64,000 nucleotides of DNA, from the NCBI GenBank assembly GCA_041685265.1, contig JAWLGC010000005.1, forward strand, positions 178-64,177, given 5' to 3'. Positions within the stretch are counted from its first letter, which is position 1, and each line of letters starts with the position of its first letter. Below are positions 18,625-27,448 of the stretch, piece by piece. The stretch is from Desulfomicrobiaceae bacterium (GTDB taxonomy: Bacteria; Desulfobacterota; Desulfovibrionia; Desulfovibrionales; Desulfomicrobiaceae). Both the position numbers and the translations under genes were made by a program. The notes beneath the pieces are model-generated. The model was given only the letters and a program-made list of their open reading frames with translations, ran no database searches and was not told where the DNA came from.

Positions 18625-19296
18625 ATGCAGTTCCACTTAGAGGAAGAGCTGAACCAGCTCAAGCTGAAGGCCCTGAGCATGGCCGCGAACACGGAACAGA
18701 TCATCCGCAAGTCCATCCGGGCCTACGAAAAACGGGATGAGTTTCTGGCCGAGCAGGTCATCGACAGTGATGCGGAGATCAACAAGCAGGAAGTCGAAAT
18801 CGATGAAATGAGCCTCCGCCTCCTGGCCCTGGAAGGACCGGTGGCCAGCGACCTGCGATTCATCCTCGGCACCACGCGAATCAGCGTGGATCTTGAACGC
18901 ATCGCCGACGAGGCCGTGAACATGGCGGAACGATCCATGCTTCTCAGTTCCCGTCCGGTCCTTCCCTTCAGAGAAGAGGTTGTCGACATGGCCGAAAAGG
19001 CCCTGGCCATGTTCAAGGAGGCTGTGCGGGCCTATGCCTCGGGCGACGCGGAGCTGGCCCTGTCCGTATGCAAAATGGATTCGGACGTGGACATGCTCAA
19101 CCATAAAAACGTGCGCAACATTATCGAGCACATGATCAAGGAGACCCCGGCCATCGAGCGGTCGGTGCACACCATCATCCTTGTCCGGCGCATCGAACGT
19201 ATCGCGGACCTGGCCACGAATATCGCGGAATCCGTTGTGTTCATGGTCCGAGGGGTAAACATCAAGCACCAGAGTTTTTTCGATACCCGGAACTGA
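18625..19296 (+). CDS. phoU: Phosphate signalling regulator PhoU
   Basis: 223 aa with two PhoU repeats ('DLERIADEAVNMAE', 'IERIADLATNIAE'). Confidence 0.9.
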   Translation: MQFHLEEELNQLKLKALSMAANTEQIIRKSIRAYEKRDEFLAEQVIDSDAEINKQEVEIDEMSLRLLALEGPVASDLRFILGTTRISVDLERIADEAVNMAERSMLLSSRPVLPFREEVVDMAEKALAMFKEAVRAYASGDAELALSVCKMDSDVDMLNHKNVRNIIEHMIKETPAIERSVHTIILVRRIERIADLATNIAESVVFMVRGVNIKHQSFFDTRN

Positions 19297-19325
19297 TTAT
19301 CCAAAAGATCCGATTCCGACTGCAA

Positions 19326-19355
19326 TGATCCCCGGGCGGCAACGTCCGGGGATCA
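19326..19355. terminator. Hairpin between convergent phoU(+) and rlpA(-)
   Basis: TGATCCCCGG gcggcaacgt CCGGGGATCA followed by TTTCATTTC. Sits between two stop codons. Confidence 0.55.
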
Positions 19356-19357
19356 TT

Positions 19358-19828
19358 TCATTTCAACCCCTCCACCTTGACCCGGACCACTCCGGTCTCG
19401 GTCATCTCCAGCAGTTCCGCCGCTCCCAGAGAGAGGTCGATGATCCGCCCGTCCCCGCGATGAAACGGCCCCCGGTCGTTGATGCGCACGATGGTCGAGG
19501 TTCCCGTATCAAGCCTGGTGACCCGGACCAGAGAGCCAAAGGGAAGCGTCTTGTGCGCAGCGGTCATGGCGTTGCAGTTATAGGGCTCGCCGCTGGCAGT
19601 CCTGCGCTGGGAACAGTCGGTCCAGGTTGCCAGTCCGTAGTCCGCGTACCCCACGGCGGAATCCCGCACCGTATACCGTTTGGATCCCATTCTGTAGCTC
19701 GGTTCGGGCATGGCCACTCCCGACCCGATCTCCTGTTTGCCGCAAGCCGACAAGGCAGGAAGCAGAAACAGGCAGAACACGACGAACAGGCCCTTCCCGA
19801 TTCCCGAGAGGGACGGTTTGCAGTTCAT
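19358..19828 (-). CDS. rlpA: Septal ring lytic transglycosylase RlpA-family lipoprotein (DPBB domain)
   Basis: ORF 19358..19966(-). Lipobox 'LSACG'. 'ASGEPYNCNAMTAAHKTLPFGSLVRVTRLDTGTSTIVRINDRGPFHRGDGRIIDLSLGAA'. Start at MNCKP (19828), preceded by AAGGAG. Confidence 0.88.
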   Translation of the reverse strand: MNCKPSLSGIGKGLFVVFCLFLLPALSACGKQEIGSGVAMPEPSYRMGSKRYTVRDSAVGYADYGLATWTDCSQRRTASGEPYNCNAMTAAHKTLPFGSLVRVTRLDTGTSTIVRINDRGPFHRGDGRIIDLSLGAAELLEMTETGVVRVKVEGLK

Positions 19829-19959
19829 GAGATGCTCCTTGTTGAAGATTGACCGAAAATTGGCCGGAAAAAGGATACCGCTCCTTTTATCGGGAGGCAA
19901 ATACAACGGCCCGGGACAGGAGATTTTGAGGAAATTCGAAAAAAAATGCAAAAAGGGGG

Positions 19960-19988
19960 TTGCCAACGAAAACGATTTTCCCTAGATA
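19960..19988 (+). promoter_or_regulatory. Sigma70-type promoter of tRNA-Phe copy 1
   Basis: TTGCCA, 17 nt, TAGATA, about 20 nt upstream of the mature tRNA 5' end. Confidence 0.5.
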
Positions 19989-20008
19989 CCCTCTTCGTCG
20001 GTTGCGGT

Positions 20009-20084
20009 GCCGAGGTAGCTCAGTCGGTAGAGCAGGGGACTGAAAATCCCCGTGTCGGCAGTTCGATTCTGTCCCTCGGCACCA
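20009..20084 (+). tRNA. tRNA-Phe (anticodon GAA), CCA encoded
   Basis: Manual cloverleaf: GCCGAGG TA GCTC AGTCGGTA GAGC A GGGGA CTGAAAA TCCCC GTGTC GGCAG TTCGATT CTGTC CCTCGGC A CCA. Confidence 0.95.
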
Positions 20085-20100
20085 TCCACGGCATTGAAGA

Positions 20101-20133
20101 CGCTTTGCCCCTTGCGGGACAGAGCGTTTTTTT
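20101..20133 (+). terminator. Rho-independent terminator after tRNA-Phe copy 1
   Basis: CGCTTTGCCCC ttgc GGGACAGAGCG (one mismatch, one G-T) followed by TTTTTTT. Confidence 0.65.
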
Positions 20134-20162
20134 GTGCCCTGAAACCGGGAGACAAATTTTTC

Positions 20163-20191
20163 TTGCCATCCTTCTCGCTTTTCCCTAAAAG
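20163..20191 (+). promoter_or_regulatory. Sigma70-type promoter of tRNA-Phe copy 2
   Basis: TTGCCA, 17 nt, TAAAAG. Same architecture and same spacing to the tRNA as copy 1. Confidence 0.45.
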
Positions 20192-20211
20192 CCAATTTCG
20201 TCGGTTGCGGT

Positions 20212-20287
20212 GCCGAGGTAGCTCAGTCGGTAGAGCAGGGGACTGAAAATCCCCGTGTCGGCAGTTCGATTCTGTCCCTCGGCACCA
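20212..20287 (+). tRNA. tRNA-Phe (anticodon GAA), identical second copy
   Basis: 76 of 76 identical to 20009..20084. The 14-nt 5' leader TTCGTCGGTTGCGGT is also duplicated. Confidence 0.95.
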
Positions 20288-20304
20288 TTGACACGACCTG
20301 TACA

Positions 20305-20338
20305 GGCCGGACAGCAGAACTGCTGTTTCGGCCTTTTT
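20305..20338 (+). terminator. Rho-independent terminator after tRNA-Phe copy 2
   Basis: GGCCGgACAGCAgaaCTGCTGTtTCGGCC followed by TTTTTCTTTT. Confidence 0.7.
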
Positions 20339-20432
20339 CTTTTCATTCCGTTTGAACATCCCTTCCTTTTCGGATACCCTCCACCGCATACAGTCCATTT
20401 CCCCGCTCCGACCGATTCCCTCAGGAGGCCCC

Positions 20433-22751
20433 ATGCCCATCCGAACCAAAAATCATTTCAATCTCCTTTGCGACATCAGCGACCTCGCCACCCTGCTGAC
20501 CGGAACCGGCGACATCTCCGCCTTTCTGCAGCAGAGCGTCGAAATGGTGGCTACGGCCCTGCACGTGCCGGTCTGCTCCATCTATCTGTTTGACGAAGAG
20601 AGAAACGAGCTGGTCCTCACGTCAACCACCGGGCTCAATCCGGCCTCCGTGAACAACGTCCGCATGCAGCCCGGCGAAGGTCTTGTCGGCCTGTGTCTGG
20701 AACAGCTTCGCCCGGTCCGGGAAGGAGATGCCTTCCGATCATCCCATTTTAAATATTTCGAAATCACCGGAGAAGACCCCTATGCCTCCTTCCTTGGCGT
20801 GCCCATCCGCCGCGGAAGAGAACGGATCGGGGTTCTGGCAGTCCAGCATCACGACAAAGACATATTCGGGCCGGTGGATGTCCGGGCCCTGCGGGCTCTT
20901 GCCTCACAGCTTGCGGGCCCCATCGAAAATGCCCGACTGCTCATCTCTCTGCACGCCCGGGAAGCCCTGGGCCAGGAAGGACTTTCCGATACTGTTCCCA
21001 GCTTTTTCAAAGGCAGACCGGTCTCTCCGGGCTGGGCCGAGGCTCCGGCCCTGATCCTGGAAAAAAACCGGGATTTTCTGACCACGGGCTATGCGGACCC
21101 CGACATCTCCTGGACCGAGAAGGATTTCGAGGACGCCCTGCAGCTCACGGGGGTGCAACTCAAGGCGTTGCAGGAAAAATTTTCCGAACGCCTTCCGGAA
21201 AGCGCCTCCCTGATTTTCACCACCCACTTCATGATGCTCCGGGACAAAAAATTCGTGGACAAAATCCGGGAAGGCCTGGGCAGGGGGTTGACGCCGCCCC
21301 AGGCGGTCCGGGCCGTTGCCAGGCACTACATCTCGATCTTTCAGGCCAGTCCCAACGAATACATCCGGGAAAAGGCCACCGACCTCGAAGACCTCTGTTC
21401 CAGACTGCTTGCCAATCTGCTGAACCGCTCCGAACCATCCTCTGTCCGGGGAGGAGAACGGATCGTGGTGGCCCGGGAACTCTATCCCTCGGAACTGCTG
21501 AAACTGGTTTCGGACAATGTCAGCGGCATCGTGCTGGTCAGCGGGGGGCCCAGTTCCCACGTGGCCATCCTGGCCAAGTCGCTGCGCGTCCCCATGCTCA
21601 TTGTCGAGCAACCGGCCCTGCTTTCCCTGCCCCGTGAGACCCGGCTCCTCCTTGACTGCGAGGCAGGCACCCTGGTTGCCGACCCATCCCTTGAAGTCCT
21701 TGAAAAATTCCGGACGCGGGTCTCCACCCAGAAAAGCGCGGAATCCTGGGCCCAGTCCATGCAGGACACGACACGGACTGCCGACGGTACCCGGGTCAGA
21801 CTTCTGGCCAACATCAATCTCCTTTCCCAGATCGAACTGGCCCAACAGCTCAAGGCCGAAGGGATCGGATTGTACCGGACCGAATTTCCCTTCCTGATCC
21901 GCTCGGGCTTTCCATCGGAGACCGAACAATTTCTCATCTATGACCGCGTGTGCCGCTCCATGCAGGACAGCCCGGTCACCTTCAGAACCCTGGATATCGG
22001 TGGCGACAAGCTTCTGCCCAGCTCCCATCCGGCCGGAGAACGCAACCCTGAACTGGGGTTGCGCTCCATTCGATTTTCCATGCGCCACCCCCACCTGTTC
22101 GAAGTCCAACTGCGGGCTATCCTGCGGGCCGGGGTAGACGCTGAAAAACTGCGGATCATGTTTCCCATGATTTCCTCTCTGGACGAATTCCGCTCGGCCA
22201 AAGCAATGGTCATGAACTGCATTGCGGCCCTGCAGGACGAAGGCGTGCCGTGCCGGGAGAATCCGGCCATCGGGATGATGGTCGAGCTTCCGGCGGTCCT
22301 GGAAACCATGGAGGAGTTTGCCGGGGAGGCCCATTTCTTCTCCATCGGCTCCAATGATTTCATCCAGTACCTTCTGGCCGCGGACCGAACCAACAGCGAT
22401 GTCGAAACCTACTACGAGGCGAGACATCCGGCCGTGCTGCGGGGGCTGGCAAACATCGTACGCACGGCCCGGGCCTTCAGCCGGGAAGTGTCCATCTGCG
22501 GCGACCTGGCCACGTCCGACACCTTTCTCCCTTTTCTGCTCGGCATCGGACTGCGCTCCTTCAGCCTGGATCCACAGTTTCTGCCCGCGGTACAGCGGCG
22601 CATCGGGGAGTTGGACCTGGACCGATGTACCGCATTCGCCGAGGAGGCCCTGACGCAGTCGACCATTGCCGGGGCCGTGGACGTATTTGATCGTTTCAAC
22701 GCATCCCGGAACAACACCCCGCTTCCGGCATCCAAAGGAGGTCCCACCTGA
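20433..22751 (+). CDS. ptsP: GAF-domain phosphoenolpyruvate-protein phosphotransferase (EI-Ntr)
   Basis: ORF 20352..22751. N-terminal GAF domain, phospho-His region 'GGPSSHVAILAKSLRVPM', 'FFSIGSNDFIQY'. Start at MPIRTK after AGGAGG. Confidence 0.9.
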   Translation: MPIRTKNHFNLLCDISDLATLLTGTGDISAFLQQSVEMVATALHVPVCSIYLFDEERNELVLTSTTGLNPASVNNVRMQPGEGLVGLCLEQLRPVREGDAFRSSHFKYFEITGEDPYASFLGVPIRRGRERIGVLAVQHHDKDIFGPVDVRALRALASQLAGPIENARLLISLHAREALGQEGLSDTVPSFFKGRPVSPGWAEAPALILEKNRDFLTTGYADPDISWTEKDFEDALQLTGVQLKALQEKFSERLPESASLIFTTHFMMLRDKKFVDKIREGLGRGLTPPQAVRAVARHYISIFQASPNEYIREKATDLEDLCSRLLANLLNRSEPSSVRGGERIVVARELYPSELLKLVSDNVSGIVLVSGGPSSHVAILAKSLRVPMLIVEQPALLSLPRETRLLLDCEAGTLVADPSLEVLEKFRTRVSTQKSAESWAQSMQDTTRTADGTRVRLLANINLLSQIELAQQLKAEGIGLYRTEFPFLIRSGFPSETEQFLIYDRVCRSMQDSPVTFRTLDIGGDKLLPSSHPAGERNPELGLRSIRFSMRHPHLFEVQLRAILRAGVDAEKLRIMFPMISSLDEFRSAKAMVMNCIAALQDEGVPCRENPAIGMMVELPAVLETMEEFAGEAHFFSIGSNDFIQYLLAADRTNSDVETYYEARHPAVLRGLANIVRTARAFSREVSICGDLATSDTFLPFLLGIGLRSFSLDPQFLPAVQRRIGELDLDRCTAFAEEALTQSTIAGAVDVFDRFNASRNNTPLPASKGGPT

Positions 22752-23022
22752 ATCTGATCTGGCCCCTCACCATCTTCGGCTTTCTGCTTGGCGGCATAAT
22801 CTGCGCGCTGCTGTTCCTGGTCGCCCGCCGCAACGGACGAAAAAAGTGATCACGGAAAGAATACTCCCATGATTCCGGTGTCAAAATATCCCTATTGACT
22901 TTCGAGTTGCCCATGTCTAGGTGGGCGCCTCACCAATCGGAAATCGCAGGGAGCGGATCGGCCGCGACCCGCTCCCGACCTGATTGCCGGCGAATCGGAC
23001 TGCTCCCCATGGAGGATAGTGC

Positions 23023-24942
23023 ATGTTGAAAAAAGGAACTTTGGAACGGTGGACCACAGAGGATGCCGTCGACGAATACGGCATCCGCAACTGGGGCAAC
23101 GGATATTTCGACATCGCCGACAACGGCGATGTGGTCATCACCCCCAACGGTTCCCACAAACCCACTTCGGTCAGCATCCCCAGAATCATTCAGGGGCTGA
23201 AGGCCAGGGGCATGGACATGCCGGTGCTGCTGCGCATCGAAAACATCCTGGACAGCCAGATCACCAATCTGCACGCCAGTTTTCACCAAGCCATCGAGGA
23301 ACATGAATACAGGGGCGCGTTCCGGGGGGTGTACCCCATCAAGGTCAACCAGCAGCAGCAGGTCGTGGAGGAGGTCACCAAATTCGGGGCCAGCATGCAC
23401 CACGGGCTGGAAGCGGGCAGCAAAGCCGAACTCATCGCGGCCCTGTCTCTGCTCAAGGATCCGGAAGCCTGCCTGATCTGCAACGGGTACAAGGATGAAG
23501 AGTTCATCGACATCGGGTTGTATGCCCGCAAGATGGGGTATAAAATTTTTTTCGTAGTGGAAATCCCCAGCGAACTCTCCATGATCCTGGCCCGGGCCCG
23601 GGCCCTGAATATCACCCCCCTTCTCGGGGTTCGCATGAAGCTCTCCACCCGGGCCGGAGGACATTGGACCGAGTCCGGCGGGGACCAGTCCATTTTCGGC
23701 CTGAACACCACCCAGCTGGTGGACGTGGTGGACCGCCTCCGCGAAGAGGGCATGCTCGACTGCCTGCAGCTCCTGCACTACCATCTCGGTTCCCAGATCC
23801 CGAACATCCGGGACATCCGTTCGGCCGTATTCGAGGCCTGCCGGGTCTATGCCGGGCTGGTGGACGAGGGTGCGCCCATGGAATATCTGGACCTGGGAGG
23901 TGGGCTGGCCGTGGACTATGACGGCACGCACACCAATTTCATGAACAGCCGCAACTATTCGGTGCAGGAATACTGCGCGGACATCGTGGAAGCGATCATG
24001 GCCACTCTGGATGAACGGGACATCCCCCACCCGACCATCATCACCGAGTCGGGCCGGGCCACGGTGGCCTACTATTCGGTTCTCCTGTTCAACATTCTGG
24101 ACGTAAGCCGGTTTGAAACCCGCCCTCTGCCCGATCCCTTTCCAGAGGACGCCCCGGAAATGATCGGCAACCTGATGGAAGTCCTTCGGTCCATCAACCT
24201 GCGCAACCTGCAGGAGTGCTACAACGACGCCATCTACTACCGGGACGAGGTCCGGCAGCTGTTCAAGCACGGGACCATCTCCCTGCGGGACCGGTCCCTG
24301 GGGGAGACCATCTTCTGGCACATCGTCAAGGCCATTGTCCGGGACACCAAAAAACTCAAGCATGTCCCCAAGGATCTCACGGACCTGGAAAACGTCCTGG
24401 CCGACACCTATTACGGCAATTTCAGCGTGTTCCAGTCCGTGCCCGATGCCTGGGCCATCGACCACCTCTTTCCGATCATGCCCGTGCATCGGCTGACCGA
24501 AGAGCCCCGGCGACCGGCCATCCTGGCCGACATCACCTGCGACTGCGACGGCAAAATCGACAAGTTCATCGACCTGCACGGCATGCGCCGGACCCTGCCG
24601 CTGCACGACCTCAAGGACGATGAGGAGTACTATCTGGGCGTGTTTCTGGTGGGAGCCTACCAGGAGACCCTCGGCGACCTGCACAACCTGCTCGGCGACA
24701 CCAATGTTGTCTCCATTCGAATATGGGACGACGATCAGTTTGACGTGGTCCGGGAGATCGAGGGCGACTCCGTGGCCGATGTCCTCAACTACGTGGAATA
24801 CGACCCCAAGGCGACCCTGATCCGGTTCCGGGAGATGGCCGAGCAATCGGTACGGGACGGCAGGATCACGGTCGAGGAACGGTATAGGATCGTCAAGGCC
24901 TATGAGGACGGCCTGCGCGGCTACACCTATTTTGAACGATAA
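23023..24942 (+). CDS. speA: Biosynthetic arginine decarboxylase
   Basis: 639 aa. 'WGNGYFDI', PLP-Lys region 'VYPIKVNQQ', 'LDLGGGLAVDYDG', and a typical SpeA C-terminus. Confidence 0.93.
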   Translation: MLKKGTLERWTTEDAVDEYGIRNWGNGYFDIADNGDVVITPNGSHKPTSVSIPRIIQGLKARGMDMPVLLRIENILDSQITNLHASFHQAIEEHEYRGAFRGVYPIKVNQQQQVVEEVTKFGASMHHGLEAGSKAELIAALSLLKDPEACLICNGYKDEEFIDIGLYARKMGYKIFFVVEIPSELSMILARARALNITPLLGVRMKLSTRAGGHWTESGGDQSIFGLNTTQLVDVVDRLREEGMLDCLQLLHYHLGSQIPNIRDIRSAVFEACRVYAGLVDEGAPMEYLDLGGGLAVDYDGTHTNFMNSRNYSVQEYCADIVEAIMATLDERDIPHPTIITESGRATVAYYSVLLFNILDVSRFETRPLPDPFPEDAPEMIGNLMEVLRSINLRNLQECYNDAIYYRDEVRQLFKHGTISLRDRSLGETIFWHIVKAIVRDTKKLKHVPKDLTDLENVLADTYYGNFSVFQSVPDAWAIDHLFPIMPVHRLTEEPRRPAILADITCDCDGKIDKFIDLHGMRRTLPLHDLKDDEEYYLGVFLVGAYQETLGDLHNLLGDTNVVSIRIWDDDQFDVVREIEGDSVADVLNYVEYDPKATLIRFREMAEQSVRDGRITVEERYRIVKAYEDGLRGYTYFER

Positions 24943-25107
24943 TCGAGACCCTGTGGATTAAACGGATTAAAACGGGAGTATCGGGGACGGCATTCTCTTG
25001 TCGGAGCGCGGATGCCGCGCCGCATCCCGATACCCCCCCATGATCCCGTTGCGTACAATCCCTGACAACAACCAATCCAAGCCCCTTCTTCACCGGAGGA
25101 AAGCATC

Positions 25108-26295
25108 ATGTCCAAAGTTCTGATCATCGGCGCCGGAGGCGTCGGCCAGGTGGTGGCCCACAAATGCGCCCAGGTCCCGGAAGTGTTCTCGGAAATCTGT
25201 CTGGCCAGCCGGACCAGATCCAAATGCGACGCCATCGCGGCTCAACTCGATCGCCCCATCCGCACCGCATCTCTTGACGCGGACAACGTGGCCGAAACCG
25301 TGGCCCTGATCCGGGACTTCCGGCCGGAGATGGTCATCAACGTGGCCCTGCCCTACCAGGATCTGGCCATCATGGACGCCTGCCTGGAGACCGGCGTACA
25401 CTACCTGGACACGGCCAATTACGAACCCCCGGAAGAGGCCAGGTTCGAATACAAATGGCAGTGGGAGTACCAGGACCGGTTCAGAGAAAAAGGCCTCATG
25501 GCTCTGCTCGGATCAGGGTTCGATCCCGGAGTGACCAACGTGTTCTGCGCCCATGCCCAGAAACACCATTTCGATGAAATCCACGAACTGGACATCATCG
25601 ACTGCAACGCCGGGGATCACGGCAGACCCTTTGCCACCAACTTCAACCCGGAGATCAACATCCGGGAGGTCACGGCCCGGGGACGATACTGGGAGCGGGG
25701 CGAATGGGTGGAGACCGATCCCCTGGCCTGGTCCATGACCTATGACTTTCCCGAAGGGATCGGCCCCAGAAAGTGCTACCTCCTGTACCACGAGGAGCTC
25801 GAATCCCTGGCCCTTAATCTCAAGGGACTGAAGCGGGCCCGATTCTGGATGACTTTTTCCGAGGCGTACCTGAAGCACCTGGAGGTCCTCGGAAACGTGG
25901 GCATGACCCGTATCGATCCCGTTCAGTTCCAGGGACAGCAGATCGTGCCCATCCAGTTTTTAAAGGCCCTGCTCCCCGACCCCGCCTCCCTGGGACCGAC
26001 CACCAAGGGGCGGACCTGTATCGGGTGCCGGATGAAGGGCATCAAAAACGGCCGGGAAAAAGAATACTACGTCTACAACATCTGCGATCACCAGGAGTGC
26101 TACCGGGAAGTGCAGGCCCAGGCAGTCTCCTACACCACGGGTGTTCCGGCCATGATCGGAGCCATGCTCATGCTCACCGGCAAGTGGACCGGCAAAGGGG
26201 TGTTCAACATGGAGCAGCTCGACCCGGATCCGTTCATGGAACACCTCAACCGGTACGGCCTCCCATGGACCGAAACGATACTTTCCGAAAAATAA
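25108..26295 (+). CDS. Carboxy(nor)spermidine dehydrogenase/synthase (saccharopine dehydrogenase family)
   Basis: 'VLIIGAGGVGQVVAHK' Rossmann motif. 395 aa, located directly upstream of nspC. Confidence 0.85.
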   Translation: MSKVLIIGAGGVGQVVAHKCAQVPEVFSEICLASRTRSKCDAIAAQLDRPIRTASLDADNVAETVALIRDFRPEMVINVALPYQDLAIMDACLETGVHYLDTANYEPPEEARFEYKWQWEYQDRFREKGLMALLGSGFDPGVTNVFCAHAQKHHFDEIHELDIIDCNAGDHGRPFATNFNPEINIREVTARGRYWERGEWVETDPLAWSMTYDFPEGIGPRKCYLLYHEELESLALNLKGLKRARFWMTFSEAYLKHLEVLGNVGMTRIDPVQFQGQQIVPIQFLKALLPDPASLGPTTKGRTCIGCRMKGIKNGREKEYYVYNICDHQECYREVQAQAVSYTTGVPAMIGAMLMLTGKWTGKGVFNMEQLDPDPFMEHLNRYGLPWTETILSEK

Positions 26296-27422
26296 AGGAC
26301 CGCGTCCCTACGCCCTCCTTTGTGGTCGACCTGGGCACCCTCCGGCGCAATCTGGCGGTTCTTGAAACGGTCAAAAAACGAACCGGGTGCCGTATCCTTC
26401 TGGCCCAGAAAGGATTCGCCATGTTTGCGGTCTACCCCCTGCTGGCACGGGTCCTGGACGGGACCTGTGCCAGTTCGCCTCACGAGGCCAGACTGGGGCG
26501 GGAGGAATTCGGGGGTGAGGTGCATGCCTTCGCCGCCGCCTACGGCGAACCGGACATCCGGGAGTTGACCGGAACCTGCGACCACATCGTGTTCAACTCC
26601 TTCGAACAATGGACCCGGTTCCGGGACCCGGTCCTCGGTGCGGACCGGACCATCCGGTGCGGACTGCGCATCAACCCGGAGCACTCGGAAGGGGCCGTGC
26701 CCATCTATGACCCCTGTTCCCCCGGCTCCCGGCTGGGTATCCGGCGCCAGGATTTTCAGGCGAAGGACCTGGACGGGATCTCCGGCCTGCACTTCCACAC
26801 CCTGTGCGAGCAGAATGCCGACGCCCTGGACCGGACCCTGGCCGTGGTGGAGAAAAAGTTCGGGAACATCATGCACCGCATGCAGTGGATCAACTTCGGG
26901 GGAGGGCACCACATCACCCGCGAGGACTACGACATCGAAACCCTTTGCAGATGCATCGAACATATCCAGCGTACCTACGGCGTCACCGTGTACCTGGAAC
27001 CCGGCGAAGCCGTGGCCCTGAATGCGGGCGTGCTGGTCACCGAGGTCCTGGACATGGTCCGCAACCGGGGCGAGATCGCCATCCTGGACACCTCGGCTCC
27101 GGCCCACATGCCCGACGTGCTTGAAATGCCCTATCGCCCCGAGGTGGTCGACGCGTCCCTGCCCGGAAAAAAGAAATGCACCTGCCGGTTGACCGGATTG
27201 TCCTGTCTGGCCGGGGACGTCATCGGAGAGTACTCCTTCGACCACCCTCTGCAGGTGGGGGACCGCCTCCTGTTCCTGGACATGGCCCACTACACCATGG
27301 TCAAGACAACCACCTTCAACGGCGTTAAGCTCCCGTCCATCCTGACCTTTGACCCGGACACGGACGAGCTGCAGCTCATCCGGAAATTCGGATACGAGGA
27401 CTTCAAGGGACGTTTGTCCTGA
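26265..27422 (+). CDS. nspC: Carboxy(nor)spermidine decarboxylase
   Basis: ORF 26025..27422, trimmed to MDRNDT. 'PTPSFVVDLGTLRRN', 'LLAQKGFAM', 'NFGGGHH', 'CLAGDVIG'. Overlaps the upstream gene by 31 nt. Confidence 0.88.
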   Translation: MDRNDTFRKIKDRVPTPSFVVDLGTLRRNLAVLETVKKRTGCRILLAQKGFAMFAVYPLLARVLDGTCASSPHEARLGREEFGGEVHAFAAAYGEPDIRELTGTCDHIVFNSFEQWTRFRDPVLGADRTIRCGLRINPEHSEGAVPIYDPCSPGSRLGIRRQDFQAKDLDGISGLHFHTLCEQNADALDRTLAVVEKKFGNIMHRMQWINFGGGHHITREDYDIETLCRCIEHIQRTYGVTVYLEPGEAVALNAGVLVTEVLDMVRNRGEIAILDTSAPAHMPDVLEMPYRPEVVDASLPGKKKCTCRLTGLSCLAGDVIGEYSFDHPLQVGDRLLFLDMAHYTMVKTTTFNGVKLPSILTFDPDTDELQLIRKFGYEDFKGRLS

Positions 27423-27448
27423 ACCCCGACCCACCAAGGACCACACCC

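Noticed and set aside
22930-24846. 638-aa ORF antisense to speA
   Set aside because: The plus-strand frame is a clear arginine decarboxylase, so this is a mirror ORF produced by GC3 bias.
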